Positions 39,838-49,676 of a stretch of DNA of 64,000 nucleotides are shown piece by piece (within the stretch, counting starts at the first letter, position 1; every line of letters begins with the position of its first letter). The notes below the pieces were generated by a model, which saw nothing but the letters and a program-made list of their open reading frames with translations, searched no databases and had not been told where the DNA came from. This DNA is from a virus, in the IMG/VR virus record IMGVR_UViG_3300033553_000116, positions 1-64,000 of that record. One strand, 5' to 3'. Made by a program: the position numbers and the translations under genes.

Positions 39838-40753
39838 AACTCTATTAAAGGAAAAGTACATGAGTAAAATTACAGAATACATTGCATCGCTGGTACCAGG
39901 ATTCCAACGTAGCCAAGTAGAAGAAGATGTCCGCATCTTGATTGAAGCTATCACTGAATCAACATTGCCACCATATGCTAGTGCATTAGTAGTGATGCCT
40001 AATGATGATTTTAGATCTAGAGATGTTAAATCAGTCAATGATCTATTTACAAAGACATTAAGAAGAACCACAAAACTTAGAGGGAACTTCATCCAGGCTA
40101 CCTATGACCAATTGGAAAATACTTTAGAAGTATTGAATGATCTTTCCAACGGTTTAGATAAGTACTTCGAAAAGGATATTGTAAAGGGCTCTATGACCTA
40201 CGCACGAGCCAATGTCCTTCGTTATATAGAGTTAGCTAACTTTAATGCTAAGTACGCTAGAAAGCTCTTATTATGGACATTGCATGAAGAGCAGACTAAT
40301 GAAGGTCAGGATTTAGATAGTCCTTTCGCCAAGGCCGATATCGACTGGGTATTTGCTAACCGTGATTTGTTCTTTACATCAGTGCGCATTCTTAGCATTG
40401 AACCAAGAAAAGTAAAAGGGTTATTTAAAAACATCCCTGATATGATTATTGTTCCTGAAGAGAATGATGCAGTTGAAGTAACTGTTGGTGCTGATAAGTT
40501 AGATCCATTGGGAATGAACATCATTCCTGTACAACTTAATCCGATCTACCATATCGGTATGCTGGTCTCTGAATGGCAAGCTGCTCGATATCAGGTAACT
40601 AAAGAAGAGTTGCGTACTCTAGAGTACCGTCTACTGTCCCTTAAAGAAGGTCGTGAAGGTAAGCGAGATGCTAAGCTTGAAGAAAACATTGAATATACAG
40701 AAAACCGTATTAAAAAGCTTAACTATAAAATCGCTAAGCTTGAGGAGGACTAA
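39821..40753 (+). CDS. Internal head protein (phiKZ gp90-like); probable start 39860
   Basis: DP...NPIYH motif and C-terminal coiled coil. Confidence 0.72.
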   Translation: MHQASKTLLKEKYMSKITEYIASLVPGFQRSQVEEDVRILIEAITESTLPPYASALVVMPNDDFRSRDVKSVNDLFTKTLRRTTKLRGNFIQATYDQLENTLEVLNDLSNGLDKYFEKDIVKGSMTYARANVLRYIELANFNAKYARKLLLWTLHEEQTNEGQDLDSPFAKADIDWVFANRDLFFTSVRILSIEPRKVKGLFKNIPDMIIVPEENDAVEVTVGADKLDPLGMNIIPVQLNPIYHIGMLVSEWQAARYQVTKEELRTLEYRLLSLKEGREGKRDAKLEENIEYTENRIKKLNYKIAKLEED

Positions 40754-41316
40754 TGTCAGATACTGCCGTTGCAATGCCTAGAGAAAATCTACCAACATCT
40801 GAGGGGGTCTACGGTTTCCTTTTTAGAAGTGACTATCAGCCACTTGATTCCTTCTATAATCTCTATGAAGAAACTCAGGGTAAAGTTAAACAACTTCAGT
40901 CTTTAGATTTCCGTTTAGAGGTTATGAGTTTTATTAAAGTTATTATCCCATCTTTTGACCAGTGGATAAAACTACAATTAGAACAGGGTTATTTATATGA
41001 CAGACGTTTAGAGTTTTTATTAGATACTTTAAACTTCATTGAATTCGGAGATCGCAAGATGTCCGTAAGAAATTGGGAAGGACTCATGGATGAGTTCCCA
41101 AGACCAAATTTAGAAAAGTCACGTCAGCAATGTAAAGAAACATTAAAGTTGAACGTGTCGTTTCTATCTACTGTAGACATTATCATAAAGTGGTGTTCAC
41201 AAAAAAGAGGATTTGATGACATGTTATGTACTTTTGCTATTCTTGCTCGCATGAATGGCAGAACAGAACGTGAGCCAATGAATGACTCGAGTATGAAACA
41301 TAGGGTAACATACTAG
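40753..41316 (+). CDS. Conserved hypothetical protein of the head cluster
   Basis: EFLLDT..FI..G.R and KWCS..RG..D motifs. Confidence 0.6.
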   Translation: MSDTAVAMPRENLPTSEGVYGFLFRSDYQPLDSFYNLYEETQGKVKQLQSLDFRLEVMSFIKVIIPSFDQWIKLQLEQGYLYDRRLEFLLDTLNFIEFGDRKMSVRNWEGLMDEFPRPNLEKSRQQCKETLKLNVSFLSTVDIIIKWCSQKRGFDDMLCTFAILARMNGRTEREPMNDSSMKHRVTY

Positions 41317-41365
41317 TAGCCTTATTTAAATAGTTAAACTAACGTTAGAAAATGGAGATATACCC

Positions 41366-42646
41366 ATGGCCAAGAAAAGCCTACTTGCAAACTACAACGC
41401 GTCACTTGAAGCTGAAGAAGAATTAGTGCCGGTTGAAGAAGAAGAATTACAATCAGCACTTGCTGCAGTTGAAGAAGCTGGAGAAGAAGTTGAAGAAGTC
41501 GAAGACGACGTCGAAGAAATGGAAGAAGTTGAAGAAGGCTTAGAAGCTATCGCTGCATCTTTAGAAGCTGCTTTACAAAATGGTGGACTTGATCCACAGG
41601 CTGCACAGTTCTGTTCACACGCTATCGACGGTTACGCTGGTCGTTTAGGTCTTGAAGGTCTAGAAATCGTTCCTGCACTTGAAGCATTTGGTTCTGACAC
41701 TGGTCGTGAAGCTGCTACTCAAGTTTCTCTAGAAGGTATTGGTGATACTCTTAAAAAGATCTGGGCTGCTATTAAAGCTGCTATCGAAAAGTCAATCAAA
41801 GCAGTTGCTGACTTCTTTGCTAAGCTTTGGAAAGGTGCTGAAAAGATTAAGGCGCGTATTGCTGAGCTTGAGAAAGCTGTAGCTAAAGCTGATAAAGACG
41901 GTGACGAAGCTGAGAAGGACGCTACTGTAGCTGTTCCTAATCCTAACTCATTGATGTTAGGTGGCAAAGTTGAAATGTCTGCTATCTTATCTGGTATTGC
42001 TAATCTTAAAACAGCTTCAGATTCAATGCATGGCTCATATTTGAAAGAAGAGATTTCTTCTATCGAAAGCATGGGTAAAGAAATTGAAGGACTAATGTCT
42101 CCTGACCAAGATGCAATTGATGCATCTTACGCTAAGATGGCTAAGATGGCAGAAGCTAAAGTTAGCAGCATTAAGAGCATCCAAGAGAAAGCATTCTCTG
42201 GTGATAAAGCTGTACATGTTGTAACTAGTGAAAAGCCTGGCGATAAGTCTTCTAAGACTACAATCGAATCTGTTAAGGGTGCTTCAGCATTCTCTAGCAA
42301 AGGTGACATCGATGTACCTAAGTTAGCTGACCTTAAGAAGTTACTTGCTGACCTTAAAGCACTTGCTAGTACTATCGCTGGATCTGATAAAGATATCGAG
42401 AAGTTAAGCAAGGCTCGTGATAAAGCAAAAGTAGCAGCTGAGAAAGTTATTGCTAAGGCTTCTAAAGATGAGAAGATTGCTGGAATGCTTAAAGGCGTTA
42501 AAGCTAAGTCAATTCTTTACATTGCACAAAAGAACTCTGCTGGGCCAATTACATCTCTTGACTCACATACGTTCGGTACTATTCGTGCTGCGCTTGGTTT
42601 GGTTGAGAAGTCTCTCAAGCATTACAAAGCTAAGGATAAAAAGTAA
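41366..42646 (+). CDS. Abundant internal head (ejection) protein, phiKZ gp93 paralog family
   Basis: Acidic propeptide with many S/A/G-x-E sites, VSLE-GI..TLKKIW; strongly biased codons. Confidence 0.8.
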   Translation: MAKKSLLANYNASLEAEEELVPVEEEELQSALAAVEEAGEEVEEVEDDVEEMEEVEEGLEAIAASLEAALQNGGLDPQAAQFCSHAIDGYAGRLGLEGLEIVPALEAFGSDTGREAATQVSLEGIGDTLKKIWAAIKAAIEKSIKAVADFFAKLWKGAEKIKARIAELEKAVAKADKDGDEAEKDATVAVPNPNSLMLGGKVEMSAILSGIANLKTASDSMHGSYLKEEISSIESMGKEIEGLMSPDQDAIDASYAKMAKMAEAKVSSIKSIQEKAFSGDKAVHVVTSEKPGDKSSKTTIESVKGASAFSSKGDIDVPKLADLKKLLADLKALASTIAGSDKDIEKLSKARDKAKVAAEKVIAKASKDEKIAGMLKGVKAKSILYIAQKNSAGPITSLDSHTFGTIRAALGLVEKSLKHYKAKDKK

Positions 42647-42680
42647 TCTAGAAATAGACTATTAGTTATCTTAAAAACAA

Positions 42681-42710
42681 AAAGGCCCCGGGGAAACCTG
42701 GGGCCTTTTT
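42681..42710 (+). terminator. Intrinsic terminator
   Basis: aaaggccccgg/ctggggccttt plus T run. Confidence 0.8.
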
Positions 42711-42752
42711 ATACGCATTTTCATTATAATGGATTGAACCATAGGTTACACC

Positions 42753-42770
42753 TATATTACTAAGATGAAT
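42753..42770 (+). promoter_or_regulatory. Early promoter
   Basis: TATATTACTAAGATGAAT. Confidence 0.78.
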
Positions 42771-42830
42771 ACATAGCACTACTTACAATTATGTAAGTGT
42801 TCTATTAACTAAATATAAGGGGTAATCATC

Positions 42831-43172
42831 TTGTCTAAATCTAACTTGAAGAACTTAAAAGGTATAGGCTGTGGTCTCTTTGGATCGGAAACACATCCAC
42901 CTGCTAAGCATACAAAACTTAATGTAGATGACCTACAAGTAAAGTTTATAGAAATTAAACACGGGCTGAAATTATTTTACATTGACTATACTAGCATTGG
43001 TAAGACATTGCAACTAGAGCTCCTGTCAGCTAAAACGGCTATTGCCTTCAATGCAGTAATAATGAATAATGGAATTAAAAGTCACTGCCAAACACCTAAC
43101 TTAAAATCACCTAAGTATGTACTCTCCATTATAGTAGGACATAGCGGTGGTAGAGACTATACACATATTTAA
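42831..43172 (+). CDS. Early hypothetical protein
   Basis: AAGGGG RBS before TTG. Confidence 0.5.
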   Translation: MSKSNLKNLKGIGCGLFGSETHPPAKHTKLNVDDLQVKFIEIKHGLKLFYIDYTSIGKTLQLELLSAKTAIAFNAVIMNNGIKSHCQTPNLKSPKYVLSIIVGHSGGRDYTHI

Positions 43173-43241
43173 TAATAACAAACTTTAAGAGACACTACTT
43201 AGGTAGGGTCCTTATATGTCGATTTAAAAAAGTAATACCAC

Positions 43242-43258
43242 TATATTACTATAATGAT
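43242..43258 (+). promoter_or_regulatory. Early promoter
   Basis: TATATTACTATAATGAT. Confidence 0.8.
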
Positions 43259-43300
43259 ACTAACACAACCAACTCTTCTTAAAGAAGAAAGGAATACAAA

Positions 43301-44344
43301 ATGAATACTACGCCTACAGTACATCACGAAGATCCAACTCCATCTGCAAGTATTAGTTCTTTTATTGCTGATTCATGTGCAGCTGTTTTAGGTACTACAA
43401 CAAACCTTATGGATAGCATTAAGTTACCAATGCTACCTATGAGCCTTTCAACCGGGTATAATCATAGTGGGCCAGGCTTTGGTGCTAGTGCACCCAAAGA
43501 GACCAGTGCTCAAACTAGAGCTCGTTTAAACTCACCTGACTATGAATATGATCCAACTGTACATGCTGATGAAATGACTCCATTTAGCCCTGGTTTTATT
43601 TCGGCCATTGTTGATGCTGACTATTATAGTGAAGAGGAGTTTAAGAATGCATCTCAGGACACAATCGATCTACGTGACGTTATGGCTGAGGATGATGTCC
43701 CAGAGATGCCTGGTGCTGATTTAACTGTTGAAGCACGTGAATATATACCTGAGGAAGTTCCACAAGAACCTGGGACTTTGGCTTTCGAGGGATTAACTCC
43801 TGAGGGTGTTCAGATTGTTTCTGTTGAACCAGTTGAAACTACGCCTGAATTAGAAGCCTTATTTGATACTGAAGGTGTTACAATTAAACATGATGCTAGT
43901 AAGAGAACAATCCCCGAATGGGGTAGTAGAATTTATGTTGATAAACCTGAACCAGTTGAAGAACCGGAGCAGACTCAAGAAGAGGAGTTCATTGAATTAG
44001 TTGGTGGCTGGTGTGATAAGGGAATGTTCCCAAAAACACTAAGTGACGAAAACATGGAGGAGATTAATAGATTAGTTCCTAGTATATTAAGTGAGCCTGT
44101 TTATGAGAAGGTCTTTGCAGATATGAATCAGTTCATTAATCAGTATCCTCAGTTAGAAAACTTAAAAGCTGTGATTGAGAAAAATGCAAAAACACAACCA
44201 CAAAGAGTGGATACAACTGACAGACGCACGATGTTAGAGATGGCTAAAGATGGAAGCGCCCCTGTCAACGCAGCGTTTGCCAATGCTTATATTGCGGCAA
44301 TGGAAAATAAAGATAAACAACATCAACCTACTAAAGAAAAGTAA
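43301..44344 (+). CDS. Early acidic, Pro/Glu-rich and largely disordered protein
   Basis: Own promoter, RBS and terminator; composition. Confidence 0.7.
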   Translation: MNTTPTVHHEDPTPSASISSFIADSCAAVLGTTTNLMDSIKLPMLPMSLSTGYNHSGPGFGASAPKETSAQTRARLNSPDYEYDPTVHADEMTPFSPGFISAIVDADYYSEEEFKNASQDTIDLRDVMAEDDVPEMPGADLTVEAREYIPEEVPQEPGTLAFEGLTPEGVQIVSVEPVETTPELEALFDTEGVTIKHDASKRTIPEWGSRIYVDKPEPVEEPEQTQEEEFIELVGGWCDKGMFPKTLSDENMEEINRLVPSILSEPVYEKVFADMNQFINQYPQLENLKAVIEKNAKTQPQRVDTTDRRTMLEMAKDGSAPVNAAFANAYIAAMENKDKQHQPTKEK

Positions 44345-44348
44345 CAGG

Positions 44349-44398
44349 GCATAAAAGAGCACTCCATTACGGAGTGCTCTGAATTGCTTTTTTTTTTT
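44349..44398. terminator. Bidirectional terminator
   Basis: agagcactcc/ggagtgctct. Confidence 0.8.
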
Positions 44399-44624
44399 AC
44401 TTACGGACGCATTCGAAGAAGTTATCCCAAGTACCTTTACCAACACCAGAGTATGTTTCAGTATCAACGTATGCCATAACGACATCGCTAACTTCAACAA
44501 ACCCGTGTCTAGTTAATGCATCGTAGCTATAATCAGATAAACCTATATCTTTAAGCTTAGCACCCCCAGATGTAACAAGGTTTAGACGGTTTGATAATAA
44601 CCAATATCAAATTAATTCCAACAT
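44397..44624 (-). pseudogene. Unannotated 75-codon gene resembling RNAP alpha C-terminal domain (HhH), with in-frame TGA at codon 6
   Basis: GGAG RBS; MLELI*YWLL...LKDIGLSDYSYDALTRHGFVEVSDVV...YSGVGKGTWDNFFECVRK; ends at the terminator. Confidence 0.62.
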
Positions 44625-44725
44625 AACTGCTCCAATACATTTTTTAAAAAAGTTAAAATACTACATAGAATCTAACTGAACAATCCTATCATTTGAGTAA
44701 ATAAATTTATAAGGGAGGATATAAG

Positions 44726-46348
44726 ATGCCAAGCATTGCACTTGAGGTTCCTGAAACCTATAATAATATCACAAGACCCATTACTGTTGGGATGGTCCGT
44801 GACTTAATAAAACGATTCAAACTACCCAATGATACTAAGGTTGCCTTTGCAGGTGGAGCCGAGACAATTGCCCATGAAGGATCAACGTTAGCTAGTGTAA
44901 ACAATGATGCAATATTCCCCTTTCACGGTAAAGTAAATGTTGAAATGGAGGAGATGTATATAGAAGACAATATTCTAACTACCGCTATCAAACGTTTCGA
45001 CAACCCAGCTATTTTTGAAGACGCTGCATTGGGTGTGAAGATGCATCCAGTCTACACCAGCGCAGAGACAGCTATTACATTTACTTACAGCGGTAACTCA
45101 CAAGGTGAGGTTGAACGTTGGAGAGATAATGTACGTAGAAAAAGCACTGAAGGTATGGAGACATTATTGCATGAACTTATATACCACTTTAGTCCACCTA
45201 CAGTATTCCACCCTATCCTACGTGAGATTTATAATAAGCGCGAATCATTAGCTGGATACAATGAGACTTGGGAGAAGTGGCTAGAAGATTGCTACGATCC
45301 AAGAATGAGTGTTCTATCAAACCTTGACGGTGAACGTGGACTTCCTATTATATCTGAGAAACAAATTCAAGTACAAGGTTGGTTTGACTTCCGTACTGAA
45401 CCAGATAAAGGAACTAAGGAAGAAGATGGGGCTAAGTGGACATTTAGTTTCACATATACTTTCCAGTGGGATAAGGTTACTGGTATGGTATTAAGATATC
45501 CAATAACTGTACATAATCAATTATTGAATATGAAATATATTCCAGTAGAAAAGATTTATAATCCATATGACCAGCCAAGACGGACTAGTCATAGTGGTGC
45601 ATTGCGTGATGACTTTTCAAAGATTAACTATGAAAGAGATACAGCGTATACTGGTGTAGTGATACCTGAGTTTGATGATTGGCGTGGCAGTGAAGTAAGT
45701 AGTAAAACATTTCCTATCTTTACTGCACTGACTGGCATTGATGCCGTTAACCCACTTAATCTTTTAAACTTAAGAGAACTTGGTGAGGTATCTATAGCAG
45801 AACCAATCATGATGTACATTAGGGATAATCGAAAGTGGATTATGGATTACTTAAGTAGCGTATTCCTAATAACAGTTTATAAGGGTGATATACCTCAAAG
45901 CAGCGCTAACTTTTATTTAGATGAAAACCTAGACATTAATTCCAATAGTCCATTGGATCTACGTAAGGTGTATCATGTTAGACTTTCTTTTGTAACCGAC
46001 CTTCGTCTACTAAGGCCATTCGCTAGAGATGTACTATTAAACAATCCTGATATTTGTTATAAGGTAATTGATTTAGTAGAAAGCCTGCAGACTACTAGTT
46101 TAGGTATCAGTGATCGTGTTGGTGCAGCTACGCCTGCCACATACTACGGTAGATCTAGAAAGGGTACAGGTAGATTTGAAGGTAAGCTTACAGATACCTT
46201 ACGAGTAATAGGCGACCGCTTGGTAACTAATACAAGTTTCACGGATACTGTCTCTAAAATAAAGACTGGTATTGATTTAGCGGAAGTAGGTCAAGGACGC
46301 GGTATCAACAGCGTTATGGCTGCCGGTATCATAATACATAAAGGGTAA
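44726..46348 (+). CDS. Virion structural protein (phiKZ gp98-like)
   Basis: RP...F.D..LGV...PVY, YPI.VHNQ, IPEFDDW and DLRK.YHVR motifs. Confidence 0.7.
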   Translation: MPSIALEVPETYNNITRPITVGMVRDLIKRFKLPNDTKVAFAGGAETIAHEGSTLASVNNDAIFPFHGKVNVEMEEMYIEDNILTTAIKRFDNPAIFEDAALGVKMHPVYTSAETAITFTYSGNSQGEVERWRDNVRRKSTEGMETLLHELIYHFSPPTVFHPILREIYNKRESLAGYNETWEKWLEDCYDPRMSVLSNLDGERGLPIISEKQIQVQGWFDFRTEPDKGTKEEDGAKWTFSFTYTFQWDKVTGMVLRYPITVHNQLLNMKYIPVEKIYNPYDQPRRTSHSGALRDDFSKINYERDTAYTGVVIPEFDDWRGSEVSSKTFPIFTALTGIDAVNPLNLLNLRELGEVSIAEPIMMYIRDNRKWIMDYLSSVFLITVYKGDIPQSSANFYLDENLDINSNSPLDLRKVYHVRLSFVTDLRLLRPFARDVLLNNPDICYKVIDLVESLQTTSLGISDRVGAATPATYYGRSRKGTGRFEGKLTDTLRVIGDRLVTNTSFTDTVSKIKTGIDLAEVGQGRGINSVMAAGIIIHKG

Positions 46349-46353
46349 GACAA

Positions 46354-47721
46354 ATGGGAATACTAGTACCAAAAGCAACACCTGCTCCAGTAGTAAGTGT
46401 AGAGAAACAAGATCCAGTTATTCCAGTGGATTACGATTATAAGACAGTTATAGAAGATGGCCGTTATACGAGCCACAATCATCTTCTAACGTACATTGCA
46501 GGCTCGTCATGGGTAGTTACTTACTTCCAGCAACAATTAGGTAAAGATGACGAACCAACAGCACAGGACTTAAATAAGGACCCTGTCTATCAGCAGTACA
46601 TTAGGATTAGTGATTTCGAGTTAAAGGTATCTTCTTCTTTATCTGAATCTCAGGATGCAACAACTAAGGAATTTGAAGTTACAGGTGAGGCTACCATCTA
46701 TCCACCAGTCCTACCAAATAAAGGTGATATGTTTATTGCTGATATTGGTGACGGTAGAGATGCTGTATTTGCAATCGTTAGTACTGAACGTTTAACAATT
46801 CTAAAGAAGACATGTTACAACATCAGTTATATATTGGTTGACTTTGCAGTAGATGCTAGAATAGAGGATTTCAATAGGAAGACTGTTGAAGAAACTCATT
46901 TCCTTAAGTCGTTATTAAATCACGGTGTTGATCCAGTAGTAGTTGATGAGGATTATAATCGTCATCTATCGCTTAAGGATTTGCGTGGTAAGTTAATGGG
47001 TGCATACTTTGGAAGATTCTTTCAGAAGAATGTAGCATCACTTGCTGTTCCAGGTCAAGACTGGGTAACGTTTGATCCATTCTTAGTTAAATGCATCAAG
47101 AGCTTCATGGAAACTCGAGAGCACCCAATGTTAAGGAATATGAAGAACTACTCTGTAGAGCTACCTGGCAGAGCTCTCCCGCTAACTATATGGGATGTAC
47201 TGATGCGGTTCTCTATTGACATGCTTCCACTGGTCAATGAGAAGTTAGCTTTAGTGGATAGTCACTACTTTGGAACTGTCCCTCAGTTTGAAGGTGTCTA
47301 TTACTCTAATATTAATTCAGTAGTATATCCTGTAGATATGGGCAACTCTGATATAAACAGTATGTTTATTAAACCTGCTGGAACCCCGACTAGAGACATT
47401 GGTCATCAGTTTGAGACCACACGTTTAGCATCACTTGCTATGTTACCTGCTATATCTAATATAGGGTTTGATAACTTACCTTCTATTTGGCCTGTCACTA
47501 AAGATGAATTTTATATATTTAGTAAAGCCTTTTACCATGGCATTGCTGTAGATCAAAGTCAACTTGAAGCATTGGTATTAAAGGCACTGTCTGGTGAACC
47601 TATTAATCAGAAAGCTTTATATGAGTTATCTACAGAGGTTGATACTTGGGGTTACTTAGAACAGTTCTATTATGTGCCTGTACTAATGATCCTTATTAAG
47701 ATGGTACTACATGGTCTCTAG
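46354..47721 (+). CDS. Virion structural protein (phiKZ gp99-like)
   Basis: G..W.VTYF.Q, PN.GDMFIADIGDG and LEQFYY.P motifs. Confidence 0.72.
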   Translation: MGILVPKATPAPVVSVEKQDPVIPVDYDYKTVIEDGRYTSHNHLLTYIAGSSWVVTYFQQQLGKDDEPTAQDLNKDPVYQQYIRISDFELKVSSSLSESQDATTKEFEVTGEATIYPPVLPNKGDMFIADIGDGRDAVFAIVSTERLTILKKTCYNISYILVDFAVDARIEDFNRKTVEETHFLKSLLNHGVDPVVVDEDYNRHLSLKDLRGKLMGAYFGRFFQKNVASLAVPGQDWVTFDPFLVKCIKSFMETREHPMLRNMKNYSVELPGRALPLTIWDVLMRFSIDMLPLVNEKLALVDSHYFGTVPQFEGVYYSNINSVVYPVDMGNSDINSMFIKPAGTPTRDIGHQFETTRLASLAMLPAISNIGFDNLPSIWPVTKDEFYIFSKAFYHGIAVDQSQLEALVLKALSGEPINQKALYELSTEVDTWGYLEQFYYVPVLMILIKMVLHGL

Positions 47722-47748
47722 GCCTGAATAAATAAAAAAGGAAATTAA

Positions 47749-48324
47749 ATGGTAGCTCCTAAAAGGAAAACAGCAGCCTACATTATTTTTAACTATATCT
47801 ATCAAGTTTATATACCGCAGCATCATTTATATTCAGCTGAGTATATTAAGCTTGTTGGGATACCTACCACAGGTAACCCATCAATAGATAGAGAATTAGC
47901 AAATTCTAAGACCCTAAGTCAACAGACCATTGTAGGTATGTCTGAGATGTTAGATAATGGAGCATCTATGACCCTTGCTGACCCTGCTAAATCCGCTGAG
48001 ATTTATACAGCCATTAGAGAACATTTAACTGAATTCGATGCACGAGTTAGACAAGGTCAGATCTCTGGAGATGATATACCTCATGATGATTTGCGTAAGT
48101 TGGATAACCTAGCAGCCGAACTATTTACACAGGCTAAATATTACATGAAGGCAGATGCTACAGATAGTAGACTATTTAATAGTATTGCATCATTGTCTAG
48201 TAGACCAGGCTTACGTCGAAATGCAACACCGACTGAGAAGAAGCCTATAAAGCAAACTGACTACCAACCTATTAGTGATAGCATTTCAAAGAATGCATTC
48301 GCTACATCTAAATGGAGAAGATAA
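47749..48324 (+). CDS. Conserved protein (phiKZ gp100-like)
   Basis: G.P.TG and P.DDL..LD.LA motifs. Confidence 0.65.
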   Translation: MVAPKRKTAAYIIFNYIYQVYIPQHHLYSAEYIKLVGIPTTGNPSIDRELANSKTLSQQTIVGMSEMLDNGASMTLADPAKSAEIYTAIREHLTEFDARVRQGQISGDDIPHDDLRKLDNLAAELFTQAKYYMKADATDSRLFNSIASLSSRPGLRRNATPTEKKPIKQTDYQPISDSISKNAFATSKWRR

Positions 48325-49662
48325 ATGGCTATTGAAAACACTCCTCTAATTGAGGAGCTGGTTGATATTTTTACAAACACTCCTCTACCACCTAGCTTTG
48401 TATGGGAGTGTACTATAGTTTTACCTGATAAGGATGTAAAAGTCCAAAAGGTAATTAGCATTGATATTCTTAGAAACTATACTAGTAACTTTGCGGATGA
48501 GGTTATTATAAAACTTTCTCTTCCTGAAGGTTTCTTTAATAGTCAGGTAATGGCTAATAGTGAGAGTTTGATTTTTGAACTAACAAGAACTCCTTTAGGA
48601 GATAGTATCTCCGATAGTATTGAGCCGTATGTTAAACGATATAAGGCAATTATACAAGATGAATCTAATAGCGTCTTGGCTGCACGACATGCTGTATCAC
48701 AGGATCCAGATGCCAATGACTTGTCAAGTACTGTAGAAAAGAACTTTCAGTTAACTGAAGTAGCCTTAGAACAGATACGAGTTTATGAAACAGGTGGTAT
48801 TTTTAGAGATGTTGTTCCGGGGAAGGTAGCTAGATATGTACTTTCCCATATGAGTTCACAGTTGGATCTATCTGTCAAGGACACCATTAAGGGTGTAGAT
48901 ATGGTAGAGCCTGATAATACTTCTGTACAAACCCATGTAGTTATTCCACATGGTACTAGGGTACAAGACGTTCCTAATGTTATCCAAGAGGAATGGGGTG
49001 GTATTTATAATAGTGGTGTCGGCTGTTACTTGCAGGATAATCAATGGTTTCTATGGCCTCAGTATAGAGTAAATAGATTCTCAGAAGAGAAACGTAGCCT
49101 TAGGATTTATAACTTACCTCCTAAAAGGTATCCTAGCATAGAGAAGACCTATAGATTAAATGGCAGTGAATTAGTTATCTTATCTACCGGACAAGCTAAG
49201 CACAAAGATGTAAGTTACGCTGACAAACTTAACTATGGTAATGGTACTCGTTTTACTAGCGCTACTAGGATCTGGGAAGGGTTTGGTACTACTGAAGCTA
49301 ATAAGTTTACTATGATCCGTGCGGTTAATAATACAGAAATTAAAGGTATTGTTAGTAATGATATAGATTATGCCCCAGTTGCACCTAAGAGAATAACCGA
49401 TAACTCATTCTCAGAAGCCAGTAGACTCTCTAGAAGAATGGGGTCAGTAGTTGAGTTTGTATGGGAGAACTCTAGGATAGACCTTATATATCCAGGCATG
49501 CCTCTTAAATTTTATTATTTACATAAGGATGAAATAAAAGAATTGCAAGGTGTAGTGGTTCAAGCACACCACTTTATATACGACTCATCAACTAGTCCTC
49601 AACAGATGAAACATATAACTAATACAGCCCTCTCTATATTTGTAGAGCAGATGCCTGATTAA
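48325..49662 (+). CDS. Baseplate hub/tail-tip protein (phiKZ gp101-like)
   Basis: R.Y...F.D, GVD.V.PDN, GIY..G.G.Y.Q and W.NS...LIYPGMP motifs. Confidence 0.7.
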   Translation: MAIENTPLIEELVDIFTNTPLPPSFVWECTIVLPDKDVKVQKVISIDILRNYTSNFADEVIIKLSLPEGFFNSQVMANSESLIFELTRTPLGDSISDSIEPYVKRYKAIIQDESNSVLAARHAVSQDPDANDLSSTVEKNFQLTEVALEQIRVYETGGIFRDVVPGKVARYVLSHMSSQLDLSVKDTIKGVDMVEPDNTSVQTHVVIPHGTRVQDVPNVIQEEWGGIYNSGVGCYLQDNQWFLWPQYRVNRFSEEKRSLRIYNLPPKRYPSIEKTYRLNGSELVILSTGQAKHKDVSYADKLNYGNGTRFTSATRIWEGFGTTEANKFTMIRAVNNTEIKGIVSNDIDYAPVAPKRITDNSFSEASRLSRRMGSVVEFVWENSRIDLIYPGMPLKFYYLHKDEIKELQGVVVQAHHFIYDSSTSPQQMKHITNTALSIFVEQMPD

Positions 49663-49676
49663 AATATAAAAAAGGT

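Noticed and set aside
44234-44500. 88-aa minus-strand ORF from the track
   Set aside because: It runs through a terminator and into a convergent gene; a different frame (44397..44624) explains the region better.
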